NCBI RefSeq assembly: GCF_009914755.1
Contig: NC_060926.1
Source of the DNA: the human T2T-CHM13v2.0 reference genome, Homo sapiens
Length of the DNA: 64,000 nucleotides
Reading direction: 5' to 3' (one strand)
Under the pieces are notes generated by a model that saw only the letters and a program-made list of their open reading frames with translations, made no database searches and was not told the origin of the DNA. Shown here one piece after another: positions 61,431 through 64,000 of the stretch. The position numbers were made by a program, and so were the translations under genes. Each line of letters starts with the position of its first letter. The first letter of the stretch is position 1.

Positions 61431-62564
61431 TTCCCCCTTTTCTTTCCTGCATCTTCAGCTTTTTGTCCAGAGGGAACAATTGCCATTCAAAGTATCCATG
61501 GCTCACCCAGGCTTTGGTATAATGGTAACTCATTACTCTTTCTCCCCACCACCAGCTGCCTCTGTACTGTAGTAAATATAAACTTGATGTTCACACACAC
61601 AGATAGCAATCGGGTGCACATATTGTATGTCTGTATAAACAAAGCCGTGTGTATTTATAGACCCATATCAATGACAGATCTATATGGAAAGATAATGGGG
61701 GTTTTACAGACCAAAAAAGAAAAAAAAAGAGGCAAGGCTTTGAAGCCTCTGACCCAAAATAAAATAAAATACCAAATAATGCTCAGCAACAAATCCGTTA
61801 ATAAGGAGGGGGAGGCTGATCTCTGTCCCACAGCTGGTGAAGTCTACAGGGGAGATTTGTTTGGGAGGAGTCAGACTCTCACAATATGGAAGCAGGATTT
61901 AGGTTCTGTTCCTGAATCTGGTGAAGGATGAGCATTTCATTGTTTGCTGTAAGCTCTTAGTTTCTCGGAGTCACTAACACCATCTTCAAAGGGTTTGCAT
62001 TAACTAACTGCACATGGCCTCATACAGCAGTTCAAAAACAAAGCTGACATTTAGCAAAAGTTTTAAGAATTAGTAAATTAATTTGGCTAAACATAACTTG
62101 ATGCTCCTGAAAGTCAGAGACTAAGACAAAAATACCTAGATAGAAAAAGTAATTTAAAAAACCCCAGAGAACAGAAAGAAGATGTAATAATACCAGAAGG
62201 AAGAATTGGAGGAAGTGGTCCCAGGATAATGGCCTCTAATTATGGGCCTGCCTGGAAAAGCTCAGGCTTCAACTCAGACTCTTTATCCAGCAGGAAGATG
62301 GGACAGACTTCATTTTTAGGATGGGTTGTTTTATGTACATAATCAGGCCAACTGTAGGGAGAGCAGCAGGGAGTTATAAACAGGATAGCCACCAAGTGGA
62401 AGCTGCCACCTCTGATGCCAACCCAACTCATACATTCTAATTTCATCACCTCCCTCTATCACCACTCTTACGCATGCCATTTTACAGAGAGGGCTATTTC
62501 TTTGGTTTGAGGACATTTTACTCTCTTAAATACCTGTATTCTGGAGATAGTGCCTTGTCTTTTC

Positions 62565-64000
62565 TTTCTTACTGAGACAAAATTTATATACAGTGAAATA
62601 CGCAACCCATAATTATTCAGTGCAATGAGTTTTGACAAATATGTATACCAATGAGACTACCACCCCAGCCAAGGTACAGAATATTCCCATCACCCCAGAA
62701 AAGTCCCTTGGGGCCAATGATGTGCTAGAACCAATTTCTACCAAGGCAATTCTGCTAATCTCTTCCCAAATTTGCATTCATTGATGTCATATTGGTGCTT
62801 AAAAACTGTCATGCTAGGAAATCAGCAAACACTACAACAAATCGGGGACATTTTTTTTTTCAGCGAGCCAGCTGACCAGCACACACCTGCTCATACCTCT
62901 TTTTAGCCAGTCCCCCACCCCCTACAGAGGGAAGTCATCATAGATTTAGTTTTACCTGTCCTTGAACTCCATGAAAATGGAATTGCATATTGTATTTTGC
63001 TTTTCATCAACATGATGTCTGTGAGATCAATTCATTTATCAGTAGTTTGTTCCTTTTTTATTGCTGAGTAGTATTCCATTGTATTAATATACAGTACCAT
63101 ATTTTATCTAATTTCCTACTAAAAGACATTTGTATTTTTCCCCAGTTTGGGCGTATTAATATTTTATAAAACTTCTATGTACCTATGTACCATTTTGTAC
63201 CAGTATTTTCATGATCATATGTTTTCTTTTCACTTGGATAAATACCTAAGAGTGATATTGATGGGTCATAGAGTAAGTTTATGTTTAACTTCATAAGAAA
63301 GCACCAGAACATTTTCCAAAAAGGTAGGACACAAGCAACATATGAACTTTCCAGTTTTTACAGCATTTGGTGTTGTCACTGGGTCTTTTGAATTTTAACC
63401 TTGCAAATATTTTTGATGTAGTACTCATTGTGGGATTTTGATTTGCACTTCCCTGAAGACTAATTATGTTAACCATCTTTTCAAGGGCTTTTTAGTTATT
63501 CCTATATCTTCTTTCCAGTTGTGTCTGATAGAATTTTGTGTGGAACATTTGATAGAATTCACCAGCACAATAATCCAGCTCTTAGTTGTCTTTTTTGGAA
63601 AGGATTTTGACAATGAATTAAATTTTTGTATAGACCTAGGGTCATTCGGATTTTTCTAATTCATTTTATGTTTTGGTAAGTTGTGTTTTTCAATGAATTC
63701 ATTCATTTTTGTCTAGATTTTTGAATATATTGACCTAATATTTTTCATAATATTCCCTTATTATCCTTTTAATGTCTATAGGATTTTTAGTGATCTCTTT
63801 TCTTGCATTCCTGATATTAGTAACTTGTTATTTCTCTCTCTTGATCAGTTTTGCTAAAGGTAAACCAGTTTAATTGATCTTTTCAAAGAAATTTCATTTC
63901 CTCTATTTAACTGAGGTTGACTTTTTCCAGCTTCTTAAAGATAAAAAGTTAAATCATTGATTTTAAACCTCTCTTCTAAGCACTGCTTTAGCATTTAATA
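62565..64000 (-). mobile_element. Old L1 (L1ME/MB-like) 3' end and ORF2 fragments, runs off the window
   Basis: atgagttttgacaaat...cagaatattcccatcaccccagaaaagtccct; ttgctgagtagtattccattgt; tttgatttgcacttccctga. Confidence 0.8.
62716..62889. mobile_element. MER63A-like hAT-Blackjack element inserted in L1M
   Basis: Ends caatgatgtgctag / ccagcacacacctg; internal cagcaaacactacaacaaatcgggg. Confidence 0.65.

Noticed and set aside
61308-61931. Longest ORF in the track (207 aa)
   Set aside because: Opened by (CT)n(CA)n low-complexity sequence; no recognisable domain or supporting exon structure

Overview
Primate (human-like) non-coding genomic DNA, AT-rich, CpG-poor and dominated by interspersed repeats. 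It holds nested old and intermediate L1s (1-8.1 kb, 31.6-33.7 kb, 62.6-64 kb), 12 full-length Alus plus two monomer fragments, and MaLR solo LTRs (MLT1, MSTB). DNA transposons include a near full-length Tigger1, Tigger3b, MER2, MER5, MER20, MER53, MER58A, MER63 and MER94. MIR, L2 and L3 relics and microsatellites are also present. I found no supportable protein-coding exon, RNA gene or CpG island, and I could not identify a host gene. Every recognisable ORF is a fragment of L1 ORF2, Tigger1 transposase or Alu. I see no evidence of a novel biological system. The best leads are two strong co-oriented CTCF motifs, a CRE/TATA/RUNX/GC-box cluster near 25.2 kb, an inverted AluY pair only 40 bp apart, and two ~20-nt poly(A)-tailed micro-insertions of unknown source with target-site duplications (TSDs). 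Subfamily names come from recalled consensus sequences and boundaries are approximate, so RepeatMasker/Dfam is needed to confirm them.
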